NCBI GenBank assembly: GCA_036172245.1 | Contig: JAYWIR010000026.1 | Span: 124,001-188,000 of the forward strand | Length of the DNA: 64,000 nt | Direction: 5' to 3' | Source of the DNA: Raillietiella orientalis | Lineage: Eukaryota | In this document: piece by piece, positions 10,934 to 25,100 of the stretch | Layout of the letters: every line of letters begins with the position of its first letter | Numbering within the stretch: position 1 is the first letter of the stretch | Program-made: the position numbers and the translations under genes | The notes under the pieces: generated by a model | Databases searched by the model: none | What the model saw: the letters and a program-made list of their open reading frames with translations, nothing else | Told to the model about the DNA's origin: nothing

Positions 10934-12116
10934 CCTCCAACGCCAGTTGGAGGACGTGTTTTTCCTTCACTCTTCAAGAGTAGTAGGAAAGCGCATTCTA
11001 GTGTGTGGTGTTTTGTGTACATCGTCGGTGTACAATGGCCACAAAGCCAGAGAACACCGCGATGGAGGTGACAGTGGGGGAGTCTAGTTCGTCCCCACAG
11101 CCTACTGGAGCAGGGGCAGCCGCCCCGGAATCATCCCCGGCCACGCCGAGGACATGGAGCGTAATGGTGGCCGCGCCCAGCGCAGAAGCCATGGCGGAGA
11201 TGGCCGCATACAAGGCCTCCGGGTACAAGCCATCGCTTGTCTACCAGGTAGGCAACTTGTTCGACGTCCGGACAGCGCGCGCCTTCAGCAAAGCGTTGAA
11301 GGACGCGAATGTTACTGAGAAGGATCTGGACGCCCTCTTCGTCCTCAGCGGCGGGCAGCGGGTCGAGGTGGTCTGCAAAGATGTCACCTTGGCTCACCGC
11401 CTAATCCATGCGCCGCTGAACGTAGACGGCCGCAAGATCCTGCCAGTATCTATGGACCGCTCCGTGGTGGCCCACATGACTGGCATCACCAGCCGCATGA
11501 CGCGGTCAGCGGTTGGTGAGGAATTGCGGAAATACGGTGAGGTGCACGCACTGTGGCCGAAACCCTCCATTTTCGACGGCTCCGATAGCCTTTTTCGTGG
11601 GCAGGCTGCAGCGCGGGTCACCGTACGGGAGAATTGTGGGCTTCCCCACAAACTACAGGTGGCGCAAGAAAACGTCGACCTGTGGGATGTAGGGAAGCCC
11701 CGGTATTGCGGGCATTGTGATACCGTGGGATACCTACGTAAAAGGTGTCCCAATATACAATGCCATTTGTGCGGGGAGCGGGGCCACGTTCGGCGCCTGT
11801 GTCCCAAACGCCCCACTTCGGTTCCCCCTGCCGCAAAAAAAGCTCAGAGGAAACGTGCTTCAAAGGTCTCTAGACCTAAAGTAGAAAAGGGCCAGCACAA
11901 GCTGCCAACACCTCAACCTCCGGCGCATAAGCCGGAGGATAAACCTTCTGAAACGTTGAAGGCGAAGAGGGATGGCAGCTTGTAGAGGCCAGAAAGCCGA
12001 GGAAACAACCACCCGCGGAGAGCAAAGAGCGCAAGACGGCCGGTAAGCCGAAAAAACCCGGTCCGCGCTCGAAAACTCTGCGCGAGTGCACGGTGGCACT
12101 GGAACGAATCGTCGTT
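10934..12116 (+). mobile_element. Family A copy 2, 5' part (head-to-tail with copy 1), internally deleted
   Basis: GGACGTGTTTT at 10952. ORF1 from ATG 11035 is near-identical to copy 1 and breaks at ECTVALERIVV. Confidence 0.9.
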
Positions 12117-12122
12117 AAATCG

Positions 12123-14699
12123 AGAGTGAATCCGGGAATGTCGCGGATTCCTTCCGCTCAGCGAAGGTGCGTCTCCTGCCGAAAGGCGGAGACTTGCGTC
12201 AACTTAACAACTGGCGTCCGATCACCTTGGTGAACTCGGACGTCAAGTTGTTTTCCAAGCTGAGGGTTGCGCGGTTAGGAAGTATCGCGGAATCTGTGGT
12301 GAGCCCGGAACAAACCTACGCGGTTCCGGGACGATCCATGGAGGCGAACATCCTTTTCGCGCGTACATGGTTGCAGCTGCAGGAAGTTGTGGCGTAGCAA
12401 AGCCAGGCTGCTACGAAAGTCACTGCCGCAGGCAAGAAGAACAGGCGCCGACGGCAGAAGGGAACGCCAGGTGCCTTGGCGGTCGCGGTCGATCTCCACA
12501 AGGCGTTCGACTGCGTAAACCAGAAGCTGCTTTTGGAGCTTATGGAACGCCTTGGGTTCCCGGCGCAACTCCTGCTGTATTTGCGCACGTGCTGGCGCCA
12601 CGCGCTAACCTGCATCACTTTTAGCGGCTACCGCGTGTATGGTATTCCCGTTCGTAGGGGCATCCGACAGGGCGACAGCTTAAGCCCGTTGCTCTTCAGC
12701 ATCTTCTTTGAGTTGGTGCTAAGAGCATACAGGCTGACGCTGTCTTACTTGCCAAGCTCCTGCCCGGGAACGCCTGCCGTGGCCGCCTACGCTGATGACC
12801 TGCTTCTTCTGCTCTCCATGTCCACCCCGGCGTCCAGTGTCGAGGATTTCTTCGACCTGATTCGTCGGGGAGCGGGCGTGAGCTTGAACAGAGAGAAGAG
12901 CGTGGTCGTTCCTGTGGGTACGTCGTAAGAGGGGCAGTCCGACTGGATCCGCCTGGGGATTCCCACGGGCGGGTACTTTAAGTACCTTGGCGTTCCGTTG
13001 GGCGCTTTCGGCGCAGCCGAAGCGTGGGCGGACTGTCTTCAGAAAGCAGAGTTGGCCATCAGCCCGTTCTTTAACGGCAAGTTTACCTTGCAGGAACGGG
13101 CGACTATTCTGAACACCTTTGTGGCCCCCCTCCTCCGTCCCCTGTTTTTTGTTTTGGACCCCCCCTATGCGGCAGAACAGCGCGCTCAGCGCCTGCTCAG
13201 GAACGCTCTGTGGGGTCCGGAGAGATCCAGGATCCGCCTTAAAGATTTGTCAGCTCCGCGTCGGGATGCTGGTTTGGGTATCTTGACAATGGAGCGAATC
13301 GGACTGCAGGTGCAGTTCCGACTGCTGGCACTGTGTGCCCAGCTATGGACATCCCCCCTGTGTGTGCCAGCCCGCATTCTCCTGCGGAGATGCGCCGGCA
13401 GCGGAGGATTTCTCTCGCTTTTGCCGGGCACTCAATACAGGAAGCTGGGTTTCGGGTTTCCATTGCGGCAGTTGACCGCACTTGTGGAAGCTCACTCGTG
13501 GATCTCCTGCCGCCCAATGAACTTTGAAGCTTGGCGGCAGGAGTCTGTTGAATCCTGGGCGGCGTTTCAAGGAATACGCCCTAAAGATCTTCGCCTTCTG
13601 CGTCAATTCTTTCCACGATCCTTGGAAGAAGTACTGCAGGACGAGGTGAAGTTTTCTACCCTGGCTGCCACGCCTCTTGCCGCAGCGCTGTCTGCCCTCA
13701 GGGCAAGAAACGACAGTTACCAACCGGCGAGGTGGGAGGTTTTCTGCACGATAGCGGGAAAAACCAAAATCCTTGGCGCCTGGAAGACGAGTGAGTTGGC
13801 GGACGCCGCCACTCCTCGTGTTACTGCAAAGGGACTCCTCCGATGGTCAGAAGAACTTGCTGTCACCCCCGAAGAACTTGTAGTCCCTCCACAGTGTATT
13901 GACAGTTCGCTGCTCCCCCTTGCTTGGAAACAAGCCGTGCTGCTTTTCGTTCACTGGGGTTTTCAGTGCAACGAGCGTTGGCATCGTGACTCCGGGGGAC
14001 TTGCGTCTGCGAACTGCGTTCGGTGCGGATCGACGGAGTCGATTCCGCACCTACTTCTGGACTGCGGTGTCCTACAAGGACTGTGGCGTAGGCTGGCAAC
14101 AGCACTAATGCATCCCGTGGACACCGCAAGAGACTTGCTGCGACGATTCTTTACGCCGAGCGGGCTGTCACTAAGCGCAAGGATTGCAACAATCGGTTGC
14201 ATACGCGCGATAGTTTTTGTCCGCCAGGCGTTGGTAATCAACGGACAGCACCAAGAGGTAATCAGCAAAGTATTCTTCTACATGGGAGCATTTGCTAGAT
14301 GGCCTCATTTGACAGAGGAGACAAAAAGGAATCTCGCCGCAATACACCGCCGGTTTACACACCCTCAGCAGCGGCCAACCCGGTGATCATTGCCCTACCC
14401 TCCATAAACTAATTTTGTATTTTCTTTATACACCCGCGTCCCCATAGGCTCCGGAACATTTGAGGTGCTCATCGTTTAAATCCCCGTGAGTACGGAGCCT
14501 AACCAAAAACCCTTTTCCCTTTCCTCCAGTTTTTGATTTTTGTTTGTTTCCCCTCATTCCCCCCACGCTGCGAGCGGTTTGTTTACCAGGCCTGCGTGCC
14601 GGTAATTTTTCTATGTTCTCTGTCGTTCTGTTGGTTGGGGACATTGTCCCTGACCAGTTTATTATTATTAATAAACGCCCCGGCGTGACCGGGTGATAA
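12123..14699 (+). mobile_element. Family C LINE, 3' half (RT to 3' end)
   Basis: RT motifs DLHKAFD, RQGDSLSP, YADD. ORF2 stop at 14386. Terminal AATAAACGCCCCGGCGTGACCGGGTGATAA at 14670-14699. Confidence 0.92.
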
Positions 14700-15040
14700 A
14701 TTTCAATCTCCGCCTGCTAACAGGTGAGCCAGAAACACAAGAGAACGCGATGAACGAGTTGTGCGCTGCCTTGCTTGCGCGCAACTTGTTCGCGGGTGAG
14801 AGGGGAATGGTCTGCAGCATCGACCACGTCTTCCTCGACGCTGACTTGTGTTCACGGGTCGGCTAACGGGGGAGGGTTGCGTCGACGTTGTCGGACCATT
14901 CCCGGTTAATTTTCGAGATGCGTCCTCGCGACAAGGGACCGCCATCCAGGGATTGGCGTCTGCCGGGGTATTGGACGCGACTCTCAGGTGCGAAGGAACA
15001 CCTTCGCGAATTCCTAAGAGGCGTCACGCTCCAGAATCTC
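14700..15040 (+). mobile_element. Family A APE remainder, resuming at (GD)FNL
   Basis: Matches 7578-7918. Confidence 0.9.
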
Positions 15041-18000
15041 TCTTTAAACCCGGTACGCCGGGACGTTTATTATTTCAAATAAACTCATACAAACTGTGAC
15101 TGGACCAGTAGTCCAGCCACGCCCTGGAAACATTCAGCCTGCCGGGCTAGCGGTGCACAGACCGGCGCGGTCGACCTCGGCAGCAGAGGGGAGGGGGAAT
15201 CAAAGAAAAAGGAAACAAAGAAATAAACACAACCGGGGAGGGAGCGGGAAGAGATCACTGTCTGCTGGGAGGGTCCGTCATCCTCTGGAGGATGCCGGCA
15301 AGCTGTCGCTGAATGGTGGGTTCCAGATGAAGCCATCGCGTCGCCATCCTCAGGAAACGAGCGGCGTACACGGTGGCGTCGCTGTCGCTGGACCCTCCCG
15401 TCGCTTTGTTCCAGGCCACGACGATCCCGCGTAGGCAGCATAGGGCTGCAAGCGAGGCCGCCGGGGGCAGAGCATCACGGACCAAGAGGGGGCGTAAAGC
15501 GTCTCTGGGGTTGCCTCCGAGGATCTCCAGGGCTGCGGCAAAGCGTTCCCACAAGGGACGGAGGGCAACACATCCCACTAGCAGGTGGGGGAGGTATTCC
15601 CTCTCCCCGCACTTACACAATTGGGGTTGACACCCCCCGCGTCCAGTGGTGTCGGCGGGCATTGCAGAAGAGGCCCCAATGCAACACCTGGAGTGCCGAC
15701 TGTTGCCACTTCATATGGAGGGTGCGCGAGTTCATGAGCACCGTGGGCCACTCCAGATGTTCCTTCGGAACATCCAGTAGCTCGCCCCAGCGCAAGAGTC
15801 CGTGTGGGGTGGTCCTCGGGGTCGCAGCGTTGGTGAGCTGACCCGTTCTTCAATCCCCGATCTTCTTTGCCCTGCTGGCGATCTTGACAGTAACCTCCCA
15901 TTGTGCCGCGACGTCGCTGCCCAGATGCTCCCGTAGGGTAGGCAGTACCGCAGCAAGGGAGGTTCTTTGAGCCCACGCTCTCCTTCGGGTATCCTCGAGG
16001 ATTTCTCGGAGCGTGCGATGGGCGTGAGGCCCGAACAGAGCTATTCGCTCATGTTACGGGCTCTGCTCCTGAGTCATCGCCCACGTGCGGACGGTTTCCT
16101 GCAACCAGGCAGGACCGTTCGCGGGGCGTACGAGGATCCGCTCCGAGTTGGTCTTTACCAGCTTGGCCGCCCTAGGAAGCTGAAATCCGCAGTGGCAGAT
16201 GGCGCTTCGGAGTGCAAAGTAGGACGAGAGTCCCGCATTGCCGGTGGCCCGCTCGACACAGAGACGTGCAGGGAGGTACCTGGCGGTGCACCAATTTTTT
16301 GCCATAAAGGCAACACTCCGGAACTGGAGCTGAAGCTCCAGCCTCTCCAGCGTCAGGAGGCCAAGACCGCCGTCCCGACGCGGAGCGCACAAGTCCGCGA
16401 GACGGATTCGGGGCCTCCCTCTGCCCCAAAGGGCTATCCTCAGTAGGTCTTTCGTCCTTTTCCCAGACTCTGCTGAGGGGGGGCAAACAAAAAGCAAGAA
16501 GCGAACGAGGGGTGACGCAAACGTGTTCCACGCCGCGGCCCGTTCCTGCAGGTAGAACCTGCCGTCCTGGAACGGGCCGATCGCCGCCTGAGCCTTCTGA
16601 AGGCAGCCGCACCACGCTTTCGCAGGGGAGTAGTCTCCCAACGGCACACCAAGGTAGTTGAAGTACCTCACCGTGGTGATCCCCAAACGGACCCAGTCCT
16701 GCTGCCCTGCCCACGCCGCTCCGCCTGGCATTACGAACGACTTCGCCCTGTTCACCATAAGTCCGGTTCCCCGATGCAGCAGGTCGAAGAACTCCTCGAC
16801 CGCCGTAGCCGGGGTGGACATAGGGAGCAGCAGCAGAAGGTCGTCCGCGTATGCTCAAACGGCCGGCGTACCGGCACAGTCGTGCGGCAGGTGCGCCAGA
16901 GTTCCCCTGTACGCTCTCAGTACCAACTCAAAGTAGGTACTGAAGAGCAAGGGGCTCAGGCTGTCTCCCTGCCAGATCACACGTCGCACCGGCACGCCGT
17001 GAACAGTATGCCCGCTGAAAGTAACATTGATTTGCGAATCGCGCCAGCTAGAGCGCAGATAGGCCTATAATGAGGCCGGGAAGCCCAAGCGTTCCAAATG
17101 CTCCAGCAGGAGATTCTGGTCGACGCTGTCGAATGCTTTACGCAAGTCGACACCGACCGCAAGTGCTCCCTCCCCTATCCGACCATCCGTCGCATGGCTG
17201 ACGGACTCACCGGAATTCCCGGTGCGCATCAAGCCCCTTTCGTGTTGGAGCTCTAGCCTGGTGGAAGCGAGGAACAGGCTCGCCTCCATGCTTCGCCCGG
17301 GAACAGCATATGTCTGTTCCGGGCTGATGAAGATGTTGGCAACCCGTCCCAGACGCTCTGCCCAAACCTTAGCCACCAACTTGGCGTTCGCATTCACTAT
17401 TGTGATGGGACGCCAGTTGTTCAGGCTCCTCAGATCTCCTCCCTTAGGGAGAAGCCGCACTTTTGACGAACGAAACGAGGCGAAAACGTCACCTGTCTCG
17501 CGTATCATCAAGGTGATTTGCTGTACCAGGGAGGTAAGCTGAGCCGCGAAAGTTTGGTAAAACTTCGCAAGCAGGCCGTCCTTCCCTGGAGCCTTGCGTT
17601 TCTGGAGCTTTCCGATGGCCAAGAGGATCTTGTCCATCGTGAAAGGCTCGTCGAGGGACTTTCTCTGCTCCTCCCCGATCGCTGAAGCGCCTTCCGGAAG
17701 CAGGAGTCGTGAGACGTTCCTCTCCGGAGGTGCCTTGGCATACAGGGAGGAGTAGTATCTTCGCAGCAGGCCGCGGATTTGGGCAGGTGCCGAGTGCTCC
17801 TGGCCCTGATCGTCCAGTAAGCTGGCCGATCCGAACTGCCAGGCTTGTCTCTCGGCTCCCGCTTTGTATTCCGCCAGCCTGCGGATGTCGGGCGTCCTGG
17901 CGTGACGACGGGCCTGCAGGTAGGCTCGTTCGTTACGGACCCCGGTCCCAAAACCCGTAGGTAGGCGGTTCAGAGGGAACTGGTCGCAGAACTCCTGGAC

Positions 18001-19197
18001 CAATCCTGGAGTGTCCGCAGCCTGGAGCTCAGTATGAACGTGCGGAGATGTTCCGCCGCGTCCGGAAGCTTCAGCCAGTCCCCTGGGAGGCGTCACGCTG
18101 ACGAGGGGGGGCCCCTGTCGCGAGGATGGATCTCGCGGACTAGCGGGCGATGGTCGGACAGCTCTTACGGTAACTTGCCGCGCCTGCCCACGCGAGGGCA
18201 CAGGTACTCGTCCAGAAACACGTGGTCAATGCTGTCTTCCATCCACGGTGCACTGGCCAACAGATTACAGGTGTGCACCGCCATGCACACCTCGTTGACC
18301 AGTTCACGCTAAGGATTCTGCTCATCTGGTTTCAGGCGAACGTTGAAATCGCCTGCAACCAGATGGGCATTCCGCACGCCTGCTTCGGTCAGCCAGTCTC
18401 GCCGGAGGGCAAGGAAAAACTCTTTCCTCGCCCTCCTGTTCATCAGGTCCTTGCCGCTCGGTGCGTACACGTTCGTGACGATCAGATCGATCGAGTCGGT
18501 CCACCTGAGAGTCAGCTGGCCGACACGACCGTGATCGTCGAACCGCACGCCCCGAGCCGCGGCCTCGACGGCTGGCCGAAGCAGGTAGGCGACACCGCAA
18601 CTTTTTACTCTCCCACACCTGTATCATAGCCGCCCTCCGGAGATCCGTTCGATCTCTTGCGCTTGTTCTGCAGAGATCACGTGGATCTCCTGCAGCAGCG
18701 CAAGGTCGTAGGACTCAAGAAGGGCGGCCATGTCTCGTCTCCTGCCGGCGTCTGTCATGCCGTTCACGTTCCAAACGGCGATGCGCAGACGACGGCGGGA
18801 GGAGATTCCCGGCATTACTGCTGGGAAGATTAAGGTGTGGGGGAGCCCTCCTCTTGCGAGGCGGGCGAGATGTCCATGGGGGTTTCGGCCTTCTCAGGCA
18901 CCTGAGGCACCTGTTCGGCCTCCACCCCCTCCATTCCCTCCGTGTCCGTGCGTGGGAGTCTCTCGGGCGACGGGACCCGAGAGTTTCCCACGCTCATGGC
19001 ACCCTCGCTTGCGGAAGCCATCTCTTCGCCTTCGACGGGGGAGACGAGCTTCCTTGGCTTTGTGGACTTACGTCCAGCGTTCTTGCGCGGTGCCGTAGAA
19101 ACGGAGGCTGCGCTTCCGGACTCCACCTCGGGGTCGGAAGTGGGGGACTCCTGAGGGGAGGCCGGAAGCCTTACGGCCTTCTTGCCAGCCTAGGAGG

Positions 19198-22100
19198 TTT
19201 ACACCCGGGTACGCCCGGGGCGTTTATTTTTAAAAAACAACTCTACATACGCGGTACAAGGCCCCGCTCACAGCCATATGCACTGGACCTGCCTGGACGC
19301 CGGGACGAAGCCCAGCGTAGCGTTCCTCAGCAGCGAAGGGGGATGGGGATAAAACAAAAAGAAAAATAAGAAAAAAAACAGACAAAAAGAAGTTGGAGGG
19401 CAGGGAAGGGATCACTGAACGCTGTGAGGAGGGCCCATCCGTTGAAGGAAGCCCTCGAGATCCGTCCGTATATTACCCAGTTGGGGTCATCCGGCAGCTC
19501 TCCGCATGAAGCGTTGGGCGTATGGGATGACATCCCTCGCGTGTGGACCCACTCCTTTGTTATTGGCGTCGCTCCATGCCGCCAGGATTCCACGGACACA
19601 GCACAAGGCTGCGATGGCTGCGGCTGGCTGCAGTGCGTCCTTCACGAAGAGGGGCCGAAGAACGTCTCTGGGGGTGCTGCCCGTAGGGAGACCTAGGGTC
19701 GCCCCGAACCGTTCCCAGAGGGGTCGGATGGCAGCACAATCCACAATAAGCTGGGGAAGCGACTCCCGCTCCCCGCACCTGGCACACGCAGGATCCACAG
19801 CTCCCCTCGTCCAGTGGAAGCGACGCGCGTTGCAGGGTAGACCCCAGTGCAACAAAAGCAACGCCGACTCTTGCCACTTAAGGGGCAGGATCCTGGATTC
19901 CTTAAATACCGGGGGCCACTTCAGCACATCCGTAGGGATGGCGAGCAGCTCGCCCCATCTCATTAGTCCACGCGGCTGGACGCTCGGGGTCGTGGCGTCC
20001 GCCAGTTCTCCTGTGGTCCAGCCGCTTAACACCTTCTCCCTGCCTGCGATCTGGCCGGTGACTTGCCACCTCGGCTTCTGGCAATCCTGAAGCGCCCTCA
20101 GGAGGTAGGGCATCGCCGTAGAAGGGGGGTCGTCAACGCCCACTTGCGACTCCGAGGAAATTCCAGTATTTCCCGCAGGGTGCGGTTGGCGTATGGGCCG
20201 ATTCGCAGGCAGTTCATGTGGTTTTCGCTCCTCCGGTTCAGCTTAGCCCATGTGCCAGTAGACTCCTCTAACCAGGCGGAGGAGTTGGCGGGGCCACAAA
20301 CCATCCAACCGTTCGTCTTCGCCAAGGTTGCTATGCGTCCGAGCATAAGGCCGCATCTTCGGATCTTCCGGCCAGGGCACAGAAGAAACGACGCGAGTCC
20401 TTCGCATCGGGACACACGCCTGGCGAGGTGGCGGGCCGGAACGCACCAAGGGGTGCTCCACCTCTTCGCTGCGATGGCGAGGGTTCGCCACCGCAGCTGG
20501 ATTTCCACGCGCTCCAGCGTCAGGAGGCCAAGGCCGCCGTCCCGACGCGGAGCGCACAAGTCCTGCAGAGGGACTCGGGGCCTCCCCTTGCCCCAAAGGG
20601 CGATGCAGAGGAGGTCCTTCGTCCTCTTTTTGCATTCTCTGGGGGCGGAGCAAACAGAAAGCAAGGGGCGGAGGATGGGGGCCGCGAAGGCGTTCCAAAC
20701 CGCGGCCCGTTCCGGCAAGTGCAACTTGCCTTCCAGGAACGGGCCGATCGCCGTCTCGACTTTTTGAAGACAGCTGGACCACGCTTCCGCAGGGGAGTAG
20801 TCACCCAACGGCACAGCAAGGTACTTGAGGCACCTCGCCGTGAAGATCCCCAGACGGACCCAGTCCTGCTGCCCTGCCCACGCCGCACCTACTGGCACCA
20901 CCGACGACTTCGCCCTGTTGACCTGCAGTCCGGTCCCACGGCTGAGCAGATCGAAGAAGTCTCCGACCGCCTTCGCCGGGGTGGATATAGGTAACAGGAG
21001 CAGAAGGTCGTCGGCATAGGCTGCTACGGCGGGCGTGCCGGGACACGAGCTAGGCAAGAAGGCCAAAGTCACCCTGTAGGCTCTCAGCACCAACTCAAAG
21101 AAGGTGCTGAAGAGCAGGGGACTCAGGCTATCTCCCTGCCTGATGCCTCGCCGCACCGGCACGCCATGCACCTTCTGACTGCTGAAAGAGACGGAAATTA
21201 TGGCATGGCGCCAGTAGGAGCGCAGTTAGTTGATCAAGGAGGGTGGGAAGCCCATGCGACCCAGGAGCTTCAACAAAAGCCCCTGGTCAACGCAGTCGAA
21301 CGCCTTATGGAGATCGACTGCGAGCGCTAAGGCCCCCTTCCCCGCCCGGGAGTCCATTCCCTGCCCTGCTGGCGGCCCCAAAGTGGGGTTGCCGATTTTT
21401 CCTTTCCCTTCCTTTTGACACCTCTGCGCGTGCATCCACGTGCTCGCGAAGAAGAGGTTGGCATCCATACTTCGCCCGGTAACAGCATATGTCTGCTCCG
21501 GGCTAATAATGGATTCTGCCACCTGCCCCAGACGCGAAGCCCATAGCCCGGCAACCAACTTGGCGTCCGTATCCACAATCGTGATCGGACGCCAGTTGTT
21601 CAAATTCCTAAGGTCTGCCCCTTTCGGAAGGAGCCTCACTCTGGCTGACCGAAACGAGGCGGGAACATCGCCTTCGTCTCGGATCAGCCTTGTCAGCTGC
21701 AGCAGCAGGGGTGCCAGCTCTTCCACGAAACTCTGATAGAACTCCGCGGGCAAGCCGTCTTCCCCTGGAGCTTTCCGCCTGTTGAGCCTTTTGATACCGG
21801 CAAGAATTTCGCCGGTGGTAAAAGGCTCATCGAGGCTTAACGACTCCTCCTCCTCTATTGCCGGGGCACCATCCGGAAGCAAGAGCCGAGAGGCATCTTG
21901 ATCCGGGGGCGCCCTGGCGTAAAGGGAGGTATAATAACTCCGCACGAGATGCCGTACCGACGCCAGGGACGAACATTCCCGGCCCTGGTCGTCCAGCAAG
22001 CAGGCCGACCCGGATTCCCAGGCTTGGCGTTCGGCCCCGGCGCGGTACTCGGCCAGGCGACGGACATTAGGGGTTCGCACGTACCTACGGGCCTGCAAAT

Positions 22101-25100
22101 AGGCCCGATCGTTTCGAGGACTCTCGCCGAATCCGGAGGGCAGGCGGCCCAGGGGGAACTGCTCGCAGAATTCCCGGACCGATTCCTTAAAAAGGTCCCA
22201 GTCTTGGAGATTCCGGAGCGCGACGTCTCTCAGGTGTTCGCGAAGGTGTTCCTTCGCACCTGAGAGTCGCGTCCAGTCCCCCGGCAGACGCCAGTCTCTG
22301 GATGGCGGTCCTTTGTCGCGAGGCCGCATCTCGAAAATTAACCGGGAATGGTCCGACAACGTTGACGCAACCCTCCCCCGTTTGCCGACCCGTGAACACA
22401 GGTCAGCGTCGAGGAAGACGTGGTCGATGCTGCGGACTATTCCCCTCTCACCCGCGAACAAGTTGCGCGCACGCATGGCGGCGCACAACTCGTTCATCGC
22501 GTTCACCTGTGTTTCCGGCTCACCTGTTAGCAGGCGGAGATTGAAATTTATCACCCGGTCACGCCGGGGCGTTTATTAATAATAATAAACTGGTCAGGGA
22601 CAATGTCCCCAACCAAGAGAACGACAGAGAACATAGAAAAATTACCGGCACGCAGGCCTGGTAAACAAACCGCTCGCAGCGTGGGGGGAATGAGGGGAAA
22701 CAAACAAAAATCAAAAAGTGGAGGGAAGGGTAACGGGTTTTTGGTTATGCTCCGAACTCACGGGGATTTATACGATGAGCACCTAGAATGTTCCGGACCC
22801 TATGGGGACGCGGGTGTAAAAAGAAAATACAAATTTAGTTTATGGAGGGTAGGGCAATGATCACCGAGTTGGCCGCTCATGAGGGTGTGTAAACCGGCGG
22901 TGTACTGCGGCGAGATTCCTCTTTGTCTCCTCTGTCAAATGAGGCCATCTAGCGGATGCTTCCATGTAGAAGGATGCTTTGCTGATTACCTCTTGGTGCT
23001 GTCCGTTGATTACCAACGCCTGGCGGACGGAAACTATCGCGCGTATGCAACCGATGGTTGCAATCCTTGCGCTTAGTGAAAGCCCGCTCGGCGTGAAGAA
23101 TCGTCGCAGCAAGTCTCTTGCGGTGTCCACGGGATGCAATAGTGCTGTTGCCAGCCTACGCCACAGTCCTTGTAGGACACCGCAGTCCAGAAGTAGGTGC
23201 GGAATCGACTCCCTCGATCCGCACCGAACGCAGTTCGCAGACGCAAGTCCCCCGGAGTCACGATGCCAACGCTCGTTGCACTGAAAACCCCAGTGAACGA
23301 AAAGCAGCACGGCTTGTTTCCAAGCAAGGGGGAGCAGCGAACTGTCAATACACTGTGGAGGGACTACAAGTTCTTCGGGGGTGACAGCAAGTTCTTCTAC
23401 CCACCGGAGGAGTCCCTTTGCAGTAACACGAGGAGTGGCGGCGTCCGCCAACTCACTTGTCTTCCAGGTGCCAAGGAGTTTGTTTCTTCCCGCTATCGTG
23501 CAGGAAACCTCCCACCTCGCCGGTTGGTAACTGTCGTTTCTTGCCCTGAGGGCAAACAGCGCTGCGGCAAGAGGCGTGGCAGCCAGGGTAGAAAACTTCA
23601 CCTCGTCCTGCAGTACTTCTTCCAAGGATCGTGGAAAAAATTGGCGCAGGGGGCGAAGATCTTCAGGGCGTATTCCTTGGAACGCCGCCCAGGATTCAAC
23701 AGACTCCTGCCGCCAAGCTTCAAAGTTCATTGGGCGGCAGGAGATCCACGAGTGAGCTTCCAGAAGTGCGGTCAACTGCCGCAATGGAAACCCGAAACCC
23801 CGCTTCCTGTATTAAGTGCCAGGAAAAAGCAAGAGAAATCCTCCACTGCCGGCGCATCTCCGCAGGAGAATGCGAGCTGGCACACACAGGGGGGATGTCC
23901 ATAGCTGGGCACACAGTGCCAGCAGTCGGAACTGCACCTGCAGTCCGATTCGCTCCATTGTCAGGATACCCAAACCAGCATCCCGACGCGGAGCTGACAA
24001 ATCTTTAAGGCGGATCCTGGATCTCTCCGGACCCCACAGAGCGTTCCTGAGCAGGCGCTGAGCGCGCTGTTCTGCCGCATAGGGGGGGTCCAAAACAAAA
24101 AACAGGGGACGGAGGAGGGGGGCCACAAAGGTGTTCCAAATAGTCGCCCGTTCCTGCAAGGTAAACTTGCCGTTAAAGAAAGGGCTGATGGCCAACTCTG
24201 CTTTCTGAAGACAGTCCGCCCACGCTTCGGCTGCGCCGAAAGCGCCCAACGGAACGCCAAGGTACTTAAAGTACCCGCCCGTGGGGATCCCAAGGCGGAT
24301 CCAGTCGGACTGCCCCTCCCACGACGTACCCACAGGAACGACCACGCTCTTCTCTCTGTTCACGCTCACGCCCGCTCCCCGACGAATCAGTTCGAAGAAA
24401 TCCTCGACACTGGACGCCGGGGTGGACATGGGGAGCAGAAGAAGCAGGTCATCAGCGTAGGCGGCCACGGCAGGCGTTCCCGGGCAGGAGCTTGGCAAAT
24501 GAGACAGCGTCAGCCTGTATGCTCTTAGCACCAACTCAAAGAAGATGCTGAAGAGCAACGGGCTTAAGCTGTCGCCCTGTCGGATGCCCCTACGAACGGG
24601 AATACCATACACGCGGCAGCCGCTAAAAGTGATGCAGGTTAGCGCGTGGCGCCAGCACGCGCGCAAATACAGCAGGAGTTGCGCCGGGAACCCAAGGCGT
24701 TCCATAAGCTCCAAAAGCAGCTTCTGGTTTACGCATTCGAACGCCTTGTGGAGATCGACCGCGACCGCCAAGGCACCTGGCGTTCCCTCCTGCCGTCGGC
24801 GCCTGTTCTTCTTGCCTGCGGCAGTGACTTTCGCAGCAGCCTTGCTTTGCTGCGCCACAACTTCCTGCAGCTGCATCCATGTACGCGCGAAAAGGATGTT
24901 CGCCTCCATGGATCGTCCCGGAACCGCGTAGGTTTGTTCCGGGCTCACCACAGATTTCGCGATTCTTCCTAACCGCGCGACCCACAGCTTGGAAAACAAC
25001 TTGACGTCCGAGTTCACCAAGGTGATCGGACGCCAGTTGTTAAGTTGGCGCAAGTCTCCGCCTTTCGGCAGGAGACGCACCTTCGCTGAGCGGGAGGAAT

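Noticed and set aside
14670..14700. Helitron-like 3' hairpin
   Set aside because: No CTRR end and no Rep/helicase motifs. The hairpin always closes an APE-RT element.
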